From Patescibacteria group bacterium (GTDB lineage Bacteria > Patescibacteriota > Patescibacteriia > UBA9934), in contig JBAQTB010000002.1 of the NCBI GenBank assembly GCA_049296775.1, positions 1,891 through 65,890 of the forward strand: DNA of 64,000 bases, written 5' to 3'. A program made the position numbers and the translations under genes. Each line of letters begins with the position of its first letter. Positions within the stretch are counted from its first letter, which is position 1. The notes beneath the pieces are model-generated. The model was not told the origin of the DNA and did not search any database. It saw only the letters and a list, made by a program, of their open reading frames with translations. This document shows, piece by piece, positions 48,000-55,802 of this stretch.

Positions 48000-48046
48000 G
48001 CCCCGCATCTTTGCTAACTCCTAGGAGTCAAACAAAGATGCGGGGC
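48000..48046. repeat. Perfect 14-bp inverted repeat with nested palindrome (stem-loop)
   Basis: GCCCCGCATCTTTG...CAAAGATGCGGGGC, with ACTCCTAGGAGT palindrome in the loop. Lies between the O-antigen ligase start and the island's first terminator. Confidence 0.5.
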
Positions 48047-48063
48047 CAGGCAACTACAGACAG

Positions 48064-48102
48064 TCAGGTGGGTTTAAAGGAAAACCCGCCTACCCAAGTT
48101 GG
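48064..48102 (-). terminator. Rho-independent terminator of collagen-like lipoprotein gene (copy 1 of a duplicated element)
   Basis: Minus strand: ACCCGCTTGCCC-aactt-GGGTAGGCGGGT 12-bp stem (2 G.U) then TTTTCCTTT; near-identical copy at 50090-50128. Confidence 0.5.
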
Positions 48103-48127
48103 GCAAGCGGGTCGAGATGGAAGTGGC

Positions 48128-49984
48128 CTACCAGGTAGCTCGCCACTGGCTTGTGCCGATATCGAAAATTGGAATCACGCTCTCGGGATTGCCGTCAGAG
48201 CTGGCGATCCAAGTACCCGTAAAGGCGCCCGCCTCACAGTCATACCGAGTGGCACCGAACTCATCCAAATATTCCACACGTACCTGCCACACCGCATCCA
48301 CCGACACGCAGGAGGCGTGAGTGAAGGTGGCTACTTTGCCAACCACCGTCACCGTCATCATAGCTGGTGAACCGGTCGTCCATTCGGACCAGAGGATCTG
48401 GTCTTCAGTGCCGGCATTCGGAATGCGTTGACCAAAGACCCGAACAACAGTTGCTCCGACTGGCGCGGTAAAGGCACCAGACGATTGGCTGAAACCGCTG
48501 CCACAAATCGGTGCTGTGTCAGTGGTAGCCGGGTTGCAGTCGTTGTCGATCCCGTCCAGAAACACCTCCTGGATACCAGGATGAACTCCGGCCACGTCAT
48601 CATCGCAGTCACCGGGAGAAGCGCCGTCATCACAGACGGACCCCTCACAGAAACCATCGCCGTCGTCATCGAAGGCACCGGCGTCAACGCCAGTGTCACC
48701 AGTAGTACCAGTGGTTCCTGTCGACCCAGTCACGCCTGTAACCGCAGTCGAGAGCACCCCGGTGTGCGCCGTGACATCAACCGCGCCGGTCGAGCCTGTA
48801 TCCGCCGTAGTAGCAGTCGCAACCGCATAACCAGTATATCCAGTTAAACCGGACGTTCCGGTTGGCGGCAAAACCACCACGCCAGTCTCACCCGTAACTC
48901 CCGTCGCTGCCACCAAGCCCGTGGCTGCGGTCGAGGTCACTCCAGTATCCGCCGTATAGACGACACTCGGAACCCCGGTATGACCTGTAACTCCCGTCTG
49001 ACCCGTTGTAGCCGTTGGCAATATCACGAGGCCAGACTCTCCAGTCTCGCCCATCAACTCTGCCCCGGTATGCGCCGTAGCAGCAACTGCACCAGTCGAA
49101 CCTGTATCGGCCGTGGTAGCCGTCGCCAGCATGTAACCCGTGTGTCCGGTCAAGCCCGTCACTCCAGTCTGCAGCAAAACCACCGCTCCCGTGTCGCCTG
49201 AAGTACCCGTCGCCTCCACTAAGCCAGTGGCTGCGGTTGAAGTCGCTCCAGTGTCCGCTGTGTAAACGACGCTCGGAACTCCGGTCTCGGCGGTCACTCC
49301 CGTCGAACCTGTAGTCGCTGTGGATATCACCACGCCACCAGACTCTCCGGTCTCGCCCGTGGTGCCTGTCGAGCCTGTCAGGCTATTCGACAACCCTCCG
49401 GTATGACCGGTCTGGCCAGTGACAGTGACGTTCGGATAACCAGTGTCAGCATCCACGCCAGTCTCACCAATCGGGTTTATGACCCCAGTGTGACCAGTCG
49501 TAGCTGTAGCCGGCACAATCACCACACCGGTATGTCCGGTCGAGGCTGAATCAATCGACCGAGCCGTGTCACCGGTCATGGTAACCAATGCCGTATCGGC
49601 ATCGGAATCAGCATCGCTGTCCGTGTCAGAGTCGGCGTCAGTGTCCACGTCCGTATCTGCATCTACGTCAGCATCAGTATCGGTGTCGGTTTCCACCAAC
49701 CTCAAACTACTAATGCCGTCGCAATTCTGGTCCACGCCATCCCCTGGCGGATCAACTGCCTTAGGATGAATCTCTGGATCAGAATCGTCACAGTCATGGA
49801 CGTCTGGATCAAAGGCTAACGCGGCGTTACGTGAGGTCTCGGACTTGTTAGCGCACTCGCGCTCCAAGCCATGTCCCCAGCCACCACGTGACAAGCTACA
49901 GTCAAAATAACCGTCGCCGTCTTCGTCTACCACGCGGCCACAACCCATGAGCAACACACATACCACCAACAGTCTGTAAGTCAC
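48128..49984 (-). CDS. Secreted lipoprotein with MopE-like Cys/Asp motifs, (Asp-X)n acidic array and Thr-Gly triplet (collagen/BclA-like) repeats
   Basis: 618 aa; lipobox LLMGC. N-terminal DGDGY.DC...HDCDD.DP.IHP.A.D.PGDGVDQNCDG motif, a DTDTDADVDADTD... array, ~300 aa of xTG triplets, a second DGDGFCEGSVCDD...GIDNDCN motif, and a conserved C-terminal domain ending WRATW. Confidence 0.6.
   Translation of the reverse strand: MTYRLLVVCVLLMGCGRVVDEDGDGYFDCSLSRGGWGHGLERECANKSETSRNAALAFDPDVHDCDDSDPEIHPKAVDPPGDGVDQNCDGISSLRLVETDTDTDADVDADTDVDTDADSDTDSDADSDADTALVTMTGDTARSIDSASTGHTGVVIVPATATTGHTGVINPIGETGVDADTGYPNVTVTGQTGHTGGLSNSLTGSTGTTGETGESGGVVISTATTGSTGVTAETGVPSVVYTADTGATSTAATGLVEATGTSGDTGAVVLLQTGVTGLTGHTGYMLATATTADTGSTGAVAATAHTGAELMGETGESGLVILPTATTGQTGVTGHTGVPSVVYTADTGVTSTAATGLVAATGVTGETGVVVLPPTGTSGLTGYTGYAVATATTADTGSTGAVDVTAHTGVLSTAVTGVTGSTGTTGTTGDTGVDAGAFDDDGDGFCEGSVCDDGASPGDCDDDVAGVHPGIQEVFLDGIDNDCNPATTDTAPICGSGFSQSSGAFTAPVGATVVRVFGQRIPNAGTEDQILWSEWTTGSPAMMTVTVVGKVATFTHASCVSVDAVWQVRVEYLDEFGATRYDCEAGAFTGTWIASSDGNPESVIPIFDIGTSQWRATW
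48872..49470. repeat. Two ~300-bp tandem direct repeats inside the collagen-like lipoprotein gene
   Basis: 48872-49172 and 49173-49470 align at roughly 80% identity by eye (e.g. AAAACCACC...GTGGCTGCGGTCGAGGTCACTCCAGT vs AAAACCACC...GTGGCTGCGGTTGAAGTCGCTCCAGT), encoding two ~100-aa TGx-repeat blocks. Confidence 0.5.
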
Positions 49985-50089
49985 AGCTCCCCCCCTTGCG
50001 AGTCTTAATCGCAGTAAATCTTGTCAAAGCACAGCTCACCTATAGAGCAGACCTTGACCCTGCATCCTAGGCAGAAATTTAGCCAAAGT

Positions 50090-50128
50090 CAATAAGAAAA
50101 CCCGCCTACCCAAGTTGGGCAAGCGGGT
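50090..50128 (-). terminator. Rho-independent terminator of paralogous lipoprotein gene (copy 2 of the duplicated element)
   Basis: Same ACCCGCTTGCCCAACTTGGGTAGGCGGGT hairpin as 48074-48102, followed by TTTTCTTATT on the minus strand. Confidence 0.5.
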
Positions 50129-50146
50129 CAAGAGAAGGTGGGGGGG

Positions 50147-51313
50147 TTACCAGGTCGCGTCACACGCTCCGTTGCCCACGTTCCACACGAGTGGCGTTAC
50201 CACGAGCGGGTTCCCACTGTAACTGGCGATCCAAGTGCCGGTGAAGGCGCTGGCCTCACAGTCATACTTAGTCGCACCAAACGTGTTCGTGTACCGAACA
50301 CTCACTTTCCATGACGCCGCATCGGCGACGCAGGTAGAATGAGTGATGGTAGCGACCCTGCCCACTAGCGTCACCGTCATGTAGGCCGGTGAGCCAGTGA
50401 TCCAGGTGTTCCAGAGAATCTGATCATCGGTACCCACATCAGGGATGCGTTCACCTACGACTAGATTGACCGTCGACCCTGCCGGTGCCGTAAAGGCCGC
50501 CCACATCTGACTGTAGCCACCGCCACAAACTGGCGCCGTATCGGTGGTGAGCGGATTGCAGTCGTTGTCGATCCCGTCCAGGAAGACCTCCCGGATGCCA
50601 GGATAAACTCCGACCGCATCGTCATCGCAGTCGCCGGGAGAAGAACCGTCATCGCAGACGGACCCCTCGCAGAAACCATCACCATCGTCATCGTAGGCAC
50701 TGGAATCAATACCCCCGGTATCGCCAGTGTCACCGGTGGTGCTAGTGGTTCCCGTCGACCCAGTCACGCCTGTGACCGCGGTCGAGAGCACTCCGGTGTG
50801 CGCCGTGGCGTCAACCATGCCGGTCGAGCCCGTGTCACCCGTGATGACGATCACGCCGCCAGTGTCACCGGTCAACAGCAGACCGGTCTCCAGCAGCGAA
50901 TCCGTATCCGTGTCGGAGTCAGTATCACTGTCCGTGTCCGTATCGGCGTCACTGTCCGCATCAGTATCGGCATCTGTGTCCGTGTCAGTGTCGGTATCGG
51001 TATCGGTTTCCACCGGTACCGTGTTACCACCCAAACCGTCGCAGTTCTGGTCCACACCATCTTCCGGCGGATCAACCGCCTTGGGATGGATGTTGGGATC
51101 AGTGTCGTCACAATCATGCACCGCCGGGTTGAACGCCAGCGCAGCGTTGACTGAACCCTCGGCCTTGTTGGCGCACTCGGACTTGTCCGCGTAATGCGGC
51201 CAACTCCGTGACTGCAAGCAATCAACGTAACCATCGCCGTCGGCATCGACCGTCTGACCGCATGCGGTCATGAACAAAACACCGAACAACATGAGCCATG
51301 CTTTACACCACAT
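50147..51313 (-). CDS. Secreted lipoprotein, paralog of 48128-49984 (MopE-like motifs, (Asp-X)n array, short Thr-Gly triplet region)
   Basis: Start taken at MWCKAWLMLFGVLFMTAC (lipobox). N- and C-terminal domains about 85-90% identical at DNA level to the neighbouring paralog; the triplet-repeat region is much shorter. Confidence 0.6.
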   Translation of the reverse strand: MWCKAWLMLFGVLFMTACGQTVDADGDGYVDCLQSRSWPHYADKSECANKAEGSVNAALAFNPAVHDCDDTDPNIHPKAVDPPEDGVDQNCDGLGGNTVPVETDTDTDTDTDTDADTDADSDADTDTDSDTDSDTDTDSLLETGLLLTGDTGGVIVITGDTGSTGMVDATAHTGVLSTAVTGVTGSTGTTSTTGDTGDTGGIDSSAYDDDGDGFCEGSVCDDGSSPGDCDDDAVGVYPGIREVFLDGIDNDCNPLTTDTAPVCGGGYSQMWAAFTAPAGSTVNLVVGERIPDVGTDDQILWNTWITGSPAYMTVTLVGRVATITHSTCVADAASWKVSVRYTNTFGATKYDCEASAFTGTWIASYSGNPLVVTPLVWNVGNGACDATW

Positions 51314-51404
51314 GTCACTCCCCCAGTGCGATCTAAAATCGCCATTAAAGCTCTCGTCACATTCAGACTGGGGAAGACCCCACAGACACAAAATGTAACT
51401 CAAG

Positions 51405-51410
51405 ATTATA
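51405..51410 (-). promoter_or_regulatory. Candidate -10 element (TATAAT) for the paralogous lipoprotein gene
   Basis: Minus-strand GGCTATAATCTTGAG about 90 nt upstream of the chosen ATG; the upstream region is T-rich (overlaps the preceding terminator tail). No clear -35. Confidence 0.3.
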
Positions 51411-51429
51411 GCCTAAAAAACCAAAAAAG

Positions 51430-51485
51430 TCAATAAAATAAAACAGCGCGCTGAAGTACTTCCCTAAGGAAATACTTTAGCGCGC
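51430..51485 (-). terminator. Rho-independent terminator of the Asp-repeat protein gene
   Basis: Minus strand: 13-bp stem GCGCGCTAAAGTA/TACTTCAGCGCGC around a 14-nt loop, followed by TGTTTTATTTTATTGACTTTTTTGGTTTTTT. Confidence 0.6.
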
Positions 51486-51506
51486 CAGTGGCACTCTCAG
51501 CCGTGA

Positions 51507-53327
51507 TCAGTGACCAGCAGCCAAGACGCCGAAGGCCAGGAAGTGGACGGTGTAGCCGTCCGGATTACCCTCGACCGTGAGGTCGGAGTACATCACGTCC
51601 CCGGCGTTCACCGTGCCGATACTCGCGCCGTAGAATGGCGCGGTAGCATGGGCAGTGATCGCCGTGGCGTCATCCTGCAGATCGACGAAGGCCGCACCTG
51701 CGAGCGACGGGACAAATCCCAGTCGGCTGCACGGGTAGCCCTTGAGCAAGTAGTTCAGGTACTCACCGCTATCCTCCAGGAGGAGGAGCGACAAGTGCAG
51801 GCCGGAGGACTCGATGCCCGAGCACTGCGAGAGTGCAGAAAGGGCGTAAGCACCTCCCCACAAATCCACGGTGCCATTGGCCTTTTGCGTGCAGCCGTCG
51901 GTCGGCTTGTACACGCTGTCCGAACAGATGTCGACCGGGTAAAGGTCGATCCATTTTCCGTCCGCGAACCAGCCAGCTCCGGGAGCTGAGGTTCCGTACC
52001 GGTGCTCGAGGTCATCGTAGACCTCGTTCACACCGTTGCCGTCGATATCAGCCACGACGTCGGACCAATCGGTGAAGTACCGATACAAACGAAGACGTCC
52101 GTCTTCGTCCTGGCTTCCGTCGCAGTCGTTGTCGCGGATGTCCCAGAGCTCGGTGGCTCCGGGGTACTTGCGCGGGTCGTTGTCGTCGCAGTCGCCCTCT
52201 TCGGTCGTGAAACCGTCGAGGTCGCTGTCGCCATCGGCCTCATCAAACTCGTCGCACAGGTAGTCGCCACCGTTGTCGGCGGGGACATGTGCTTGGACAT
52301 CGCACGGAACGCCGTTCAGCGTCACCGTGCCATCTACCTCGCTGTACGTGTCACCGTACACCAGGTAATCGCCACCGCTGCCGACGGTCGGACCGTTGAC
52401 CTTGAAGTCATCATCGGGGCTAGCCCCGTGGATGACCTTGCAGTACTCGGTGCCGGCCACGACCACTTGGTCAAGTAGTGGCGTCCCCTGGTACCACTGG
52501 GAGAAGTCATTCTTACTCATGTTTGCCGTCCAAATGGTGGCAAACGTGACGCCAGCGTCGAAGGTGAAGCACAGCTGCACCGTCTCCGTGTCGTCAGGGG
52601 GCGTAACAGCACAGAACTCGAGGTGATCACTCACCTCATTGCAGTTCAGATCGCCGTCGTCGATGTCGCAAACCGAGCCACCCTGCCACTCGAGCGAAGC
52701 GCCAGGAAACGAGAACGGATAACCGTCGTCGCAATCACCTTCGTTCTCGGTGAAGCCGTCGCCGTCATTGTCGACGTCGAGCGGATCCGGGGGATCCGTG
52801 TCGGTATCGGTATCGGTGTCCGCGTCAGCATCGGCATCAGCATCGGCATCAGCGTCGGCGTCACCGTCTGCGTCAGCGTCGGCATCGGAATCGGCGTCGC
52901 TGTCAGCATCGCTGTCGGCGTCCGTGTCCGTGTCGGTGTCAGCGTCGGCATCTGCATCCGAGTCGGCGTCGGCGTCCGCGTCGGTATCCGTATCGGTATC
53001 AGCATCGCTGTCCGTGTCGGTGTCCGCATCGGCGTCGGCGTCCGTATCACTGTCGGTGTCGGTATCCGAGTCGGCATCGCTGTCGGCATCGGAATCGGCG
53101 TCAGTGTCTGCGTCGGCATCGGCGTCGGAGTCAGCATCGCTGTCCGCGTCGGTGTCCGAATCGGTATCCGTATCGGTGTCAGCGTCGCCGCCGGCACCCG
53201 GGGTGCCAAAGACCGGGCCCGTGGGCGCGGTCGTGGTCGGCGTCGTCGTATCCGTCACATCGGGCCCAACGGGCTCGGCGCAAGCAGCAACAACGCACAT
53301 CGAGATCACAAACAGAAGTGAACGCAT
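51507..53327 (-). CDS. Secreted (lipo)protein with ~150-aa (Asp-X)n array and two MopE-like DGDG...DCDD...DNDCDG motifs
   Basis: Start taken at [16 protein letters not shown] (signal peptide/lipobox). Long [13 protein letters not shown]... array; [16 protein letters not shown] and [42 protein letters not shown] motifs. C-terminal ~300 aa has no other recognised domain. Confidence 0.55.
   Translation of the reverse strand: MRSLLFVISMCVVAACAEPVGPDVTDTTTPTTTAPTGPVFGTPGAGGDADTDTDTDSDTDADSDADSDADADADTDADSDADSDADSDTDTDSDTDADADADTDTDSDADTDTDTDADADADSDADADADTDTDTDADSDADSDADSDADADADGDADADADADADADADTDTDTDTDPPDPLDVDNDGDGFTENEGDCDDGYPFSFPGASLEWQGGSVCDIDDGDLNCNEVSDHLEFCAVTPPDDTETVQLCFTFDAGVTFATIWTANMSKNDFSQWYQGTPLLDQVVVAGTEYCKVIHGASPDDDFKVNGPTVGSGGDYLVYGDTYSEVDGTVTLNGVPCDVQAHVPADNGGDYLCDEFDEADGDSDLDGFTTEEGDCDDNDPRKYPGATELWDIRDNDCDGSQDEDGRLRLYRYFTDWSDVVADIDGNGVNEVYDDLEHRYGTSAPGAGWFADGKWIDLYPVDICSDSVYKPTDGCTQKANGTVDLWGGAYALSALSQCSGIESSGLHLSLLLLEDSGEYLNYLLKGYPCSRLGFVPSLAGAAFVDLQDDATAITAHATAPFYGASIGTVNAGDVMYSDLTVEGNPDGYTVHFLAFGVLAAGH
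52790..53210. repeat. Coding hexanucleotide-type microsatellite (GTC-GGC/ATC-GGT/ATC-AGC units) encoding the (Asp-X)n array
   Basis: ~420 bp of near-perfect 6-nt periodicity; generates spurious ORFs in all six frames. Shorter homologous arrays at about 49575-49700 and 50895-51020. Confidence 0.6.
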
Positions 53328-53625
53328 GATTAGCCTCTCGAGGCACGAAGCCTCATAGATTGTTCTGCCAACCCCACCATGGGATTGGCTTTTATTCATT
53401 TTTGAAACAACGTCGAGCGTCTTTTCAAACACCCGGTCAACGAAATTGTTGCTTTCGCGACCCCTTAATATAGCAGAAAATCAATAAAATGTCAAGGGAT
53501 AACCCTACACAATAACCCAAAAACTAGGCTAATCTAAGCTAAATATACCCAAAAAGAAAGACCCCCATCACGCTAGGCGCAATAGGGGTCAGGTAGGGGG
53601 AAGATCGGTTTTTAGCCGACTTTCC

Positions 53626-54243
53626 CTAGAAACAGGTCGGGTCACGCTCTCCGAGCGAGGCCCCGTCGACCTCGTACGGTTTACCGTAGATGTCACACCC
53701 GAAGGTGATGTTGGTCACCTCGTGGTAGCAATCCTCGCTACCCTCGGAACGGGTTGTGAGCCAGCGGAAGTCTCCGGCATCAGCGGATGCGCCGAGAGAG
53801 TGGTCGGACCAGCCCCACCCATCGTAGAGTTGGGCCTCGTGATGGGCCGTGGTGATGCGGTAAGTGCCGGGGCGGAAGTACGCTCCGCACCAGTTGTTGC
53901 CGTCAAGCATGACGGGAACGATGGCGAGAAACGGGATCTCCCACCCCTCTTCTTGGACACCGTAGGCGCCGCTGCCGTAGCCGAAGGTGCCCATGGACAG
54001 GCACGACGGATCGTAAGCCTGAGCCTGACTGTGGAGCAGCATACACATGCCGCTCCCCTTCGGTCCGGCCGCGACGATGACTGACTGGGTCACGTCATCG
54101 ATGCCGTTACTGTCGACGTCGCCAACTCGACCACCTTCGTGGTCATCGCCGCGAGTCACGACCGGTTCTGGCTTTTCCTCGTACGCCTTATAACAGGCGG
54201 GTGCGAGGGTCACGATAAAAAGGACTCCGATGAGTTTACGCAT
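53626..54243 (-). CDS. Hypothetical secreted Cys-rich protein
   Basis: 205 aa; signal peptide MRKLIGVLFIVTLAPAC; 8 Cys residues; GC-rich codon usage like the rest of the island. Confidence 0.45.
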   Translation of the reverse strand: MRKLIGVLFIVTLAPACYKAYEEKPEPVVTRGDDHEGGRVGDVDSNGIDDVTQSVIVAAGPKGSGMCMLLHSQAQAYDPSCLSMGTFGYGSGAYGVQEEGWEIPFLAIVPVMLDGNNWCGAYFRPGTYRITTAHHEAQLYDGWGWSDHSLGASADAGDFRWLTTRSEGSEDCYHEVTNITFGCDIYGKPYEVDGASLGERDPTCF

Positions 54244-54507
54244 TTTCTTGTCTCTCCTGTCTCTTTGTGGTTTTTTTCGCCGAATTTGCGATTGACCTGA
54301 CTATCAGGTATCGCACCGCGGAGATTGAATCCGGCGGTGGCAGAGCAGTAAGTTTGAGATTACTGCGCTATCATCGCTAGACAAAGTAAGTGGTCGGGGA
54401 TGAGCTCAAGAGTATAAATACTCTGAACCCATCCCCTAGATGAAGTACCCGTTGGGCCAGGAAGTGTTGCTAGCTTCGGCGCTAACTAACTCCCTGCCTC
54501 AAGTTGG

Positions 54508-55362
54508 CTACTTCTTGTGATGCGGGCCGGAGACTCCGATCCGCAGCTCGAGACCTGCTTGCACCTCAAGTGCCTGCAAAGTCTGGCTCGTCACGCTGTT
54601 TCTGACCGAGCCAGTACCAGCCCGGAGGCTTGGCACCAGACTCAGGTCGAGACCCGCGGGCATGTTCTTGCCCGTCAAGTCGATGATGCCGACCAGGCCG
54701 ACGTTGCCGCCGACATTTCTCGCGATGTAGGTCTGTTCTGACAGACCGTAGTCACGGATGACGGCGCCAGCGCGAACGCCGAGGACGAAGTTGTCGGTCA
54801 GCGCTGCGCCAACCGTCAACCCACCGTTCCAGGCGCCACTCGCAACCGAACCTCGATCGAGACGGGCCGACAGGTCTGCGTACGGAGCACCCTTACGGTG
54901 TCCTCCGATCCCGACGTAGGCGCCAAACGAGAAGGACGCCATCGGCAGCAACATGTGCGGCCGTTCGTCGACGACCTGCGCAGGCATAGTGCCCGCGCCT
55001 CCCACAGCCCCGACGGAGCCGCCCAAACGGACGTAGCCCATCAAGCTGTTGATCGAACCCTTCACGCCGGAATCGTCGTAAGGGTTTTCGACCGTCTTTT
55101 CGATCGTGATCTCATGGATCTCGATGACGGGAACGGGAGCGGGGACCGGCTCGGGCGGCCGGATGATGACCGGAGCCGGAGTCGGCTTGGGTGCTACCGG
55201 CTGAGGAGCCGGTGCAGGCGGGGCCGGGGTCGGCTCCGTCGTGCTGCAATCCTTCCCCGGGCACGGCCCATCGACACGCGATGGCGCCTTGACCGAATCG
55301 GCCAGGGCGATGTTCGCGAGCAAAGTCGCCATAACGGCGGCAAACATTGGGAAACAACGCAT
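54508..55362 (-). CDS. Hypothetical secreted protein with Pro-rich linker and Gly-rich beta-strand-like C-terminal domain
   Basis: 284 aa; signal peptide with ALA-DS site; TEPTPAPPAPAPQPVAPKPTPAPVIIRPPEPVPAPVPV linker. C-terminal ~190 aa with alternating hydrophobic/Gly pattern. Confidence 0.45.
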   Translation of the reverse strand: MRCFPMFAAVMATLLANIALADSVKAPSRVDGPCPGKDCSTTEPTPAPPAPAPQPVAPKPTPAPVIIRPPEPVPAPVPVIEIHEITIEKTVENPYDDSGVKGSINSLMGYVRLGGSVGAVGGAGTMPAQVVDERPHMLLPMASFSFGAYVGIGGHRKGAPYADLSARLDRGSVASGAWNGGLTVGAALTDNFVLGVRAGAVIRDYGLSEQTYIARNVGGNVGLVGIIDLTGKNMPAGLDLSLVPSLRAGTGSVRNSVTSQTLQALEVQAGLELRIGVSGPHHKK

Positions 55363-55611
55363 GATTTCCTCCGTTCCCTACGATATAGGGATAAGTGGTG
55401 GGATCTCTTCCGAGTCCCGGTTTCTTTACGTGGAGCCCAGGACTCGGCACTCCAAGAGCCCTACATTTACCGTCATTGGAGGAGGACAACGGTAAATATA
55501 AGAGCTCGTGGAAAGCCGATCCCAGCCAAAGCTACTCCATGAAAAGAACGCTGCAAAGTAGCATAAATCCTAGAAAAAGTCAAGTCCCTGGTTCATGGGG
55601 CTAAAGCAAAG

Positions 55612-55650
55612 TATCAAAAAATATGGCTTATTTTAGCCATATTTTCTGTA
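55612..55650 (-). terminator. Rho-independent terminator downstream of the CpsC/Wzz-like gene
   Basis: Minus strand: AATATGGCT-aaaata-AGCCATATT hairpin followed by TTTTTGATAC. Confidence 0.5.
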
Positions 55651-55802
55651 ACCAGTAATTATCCTCAGATTTTCTTGACGCCACTAGTAGCGGTTGCTAA
55701 AGTTCGCTTTACAAAATCCCTTCTGGGGACCCGATGGAACGGTTGTGACGCCTCCTCCTCGTTGCAACTCGTGACCGTCGGGTCTTCAGAGGGTGTTTTT
55801 TA

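Noticed and set aside
52790-53210. Possible CRISPR array or non-coding satellite suggested by the dense short repeats
   Set aside because: The repeat unit is 6 nt with no unique spacers of 25-40 nt. It is in frame inside a long ORF, and equivalent arrays occur in two paralogs at the same relative position. It is a coding microsatellite, not CRISPR.
51510-53358. About 15 overlapping ORFs on both strands across the Asp-repeat gene (e.g. 52623-53321 +, 52646-53209 -, 52750-53358 +)
   Set aside because: They are artefacts of the 6-nt periodic coding microsatellite, which keeps every frame open. Only the minus-strand frame has a signal peptide, non-repeat domains, a terminator, and paralogy to neighbouring genes.
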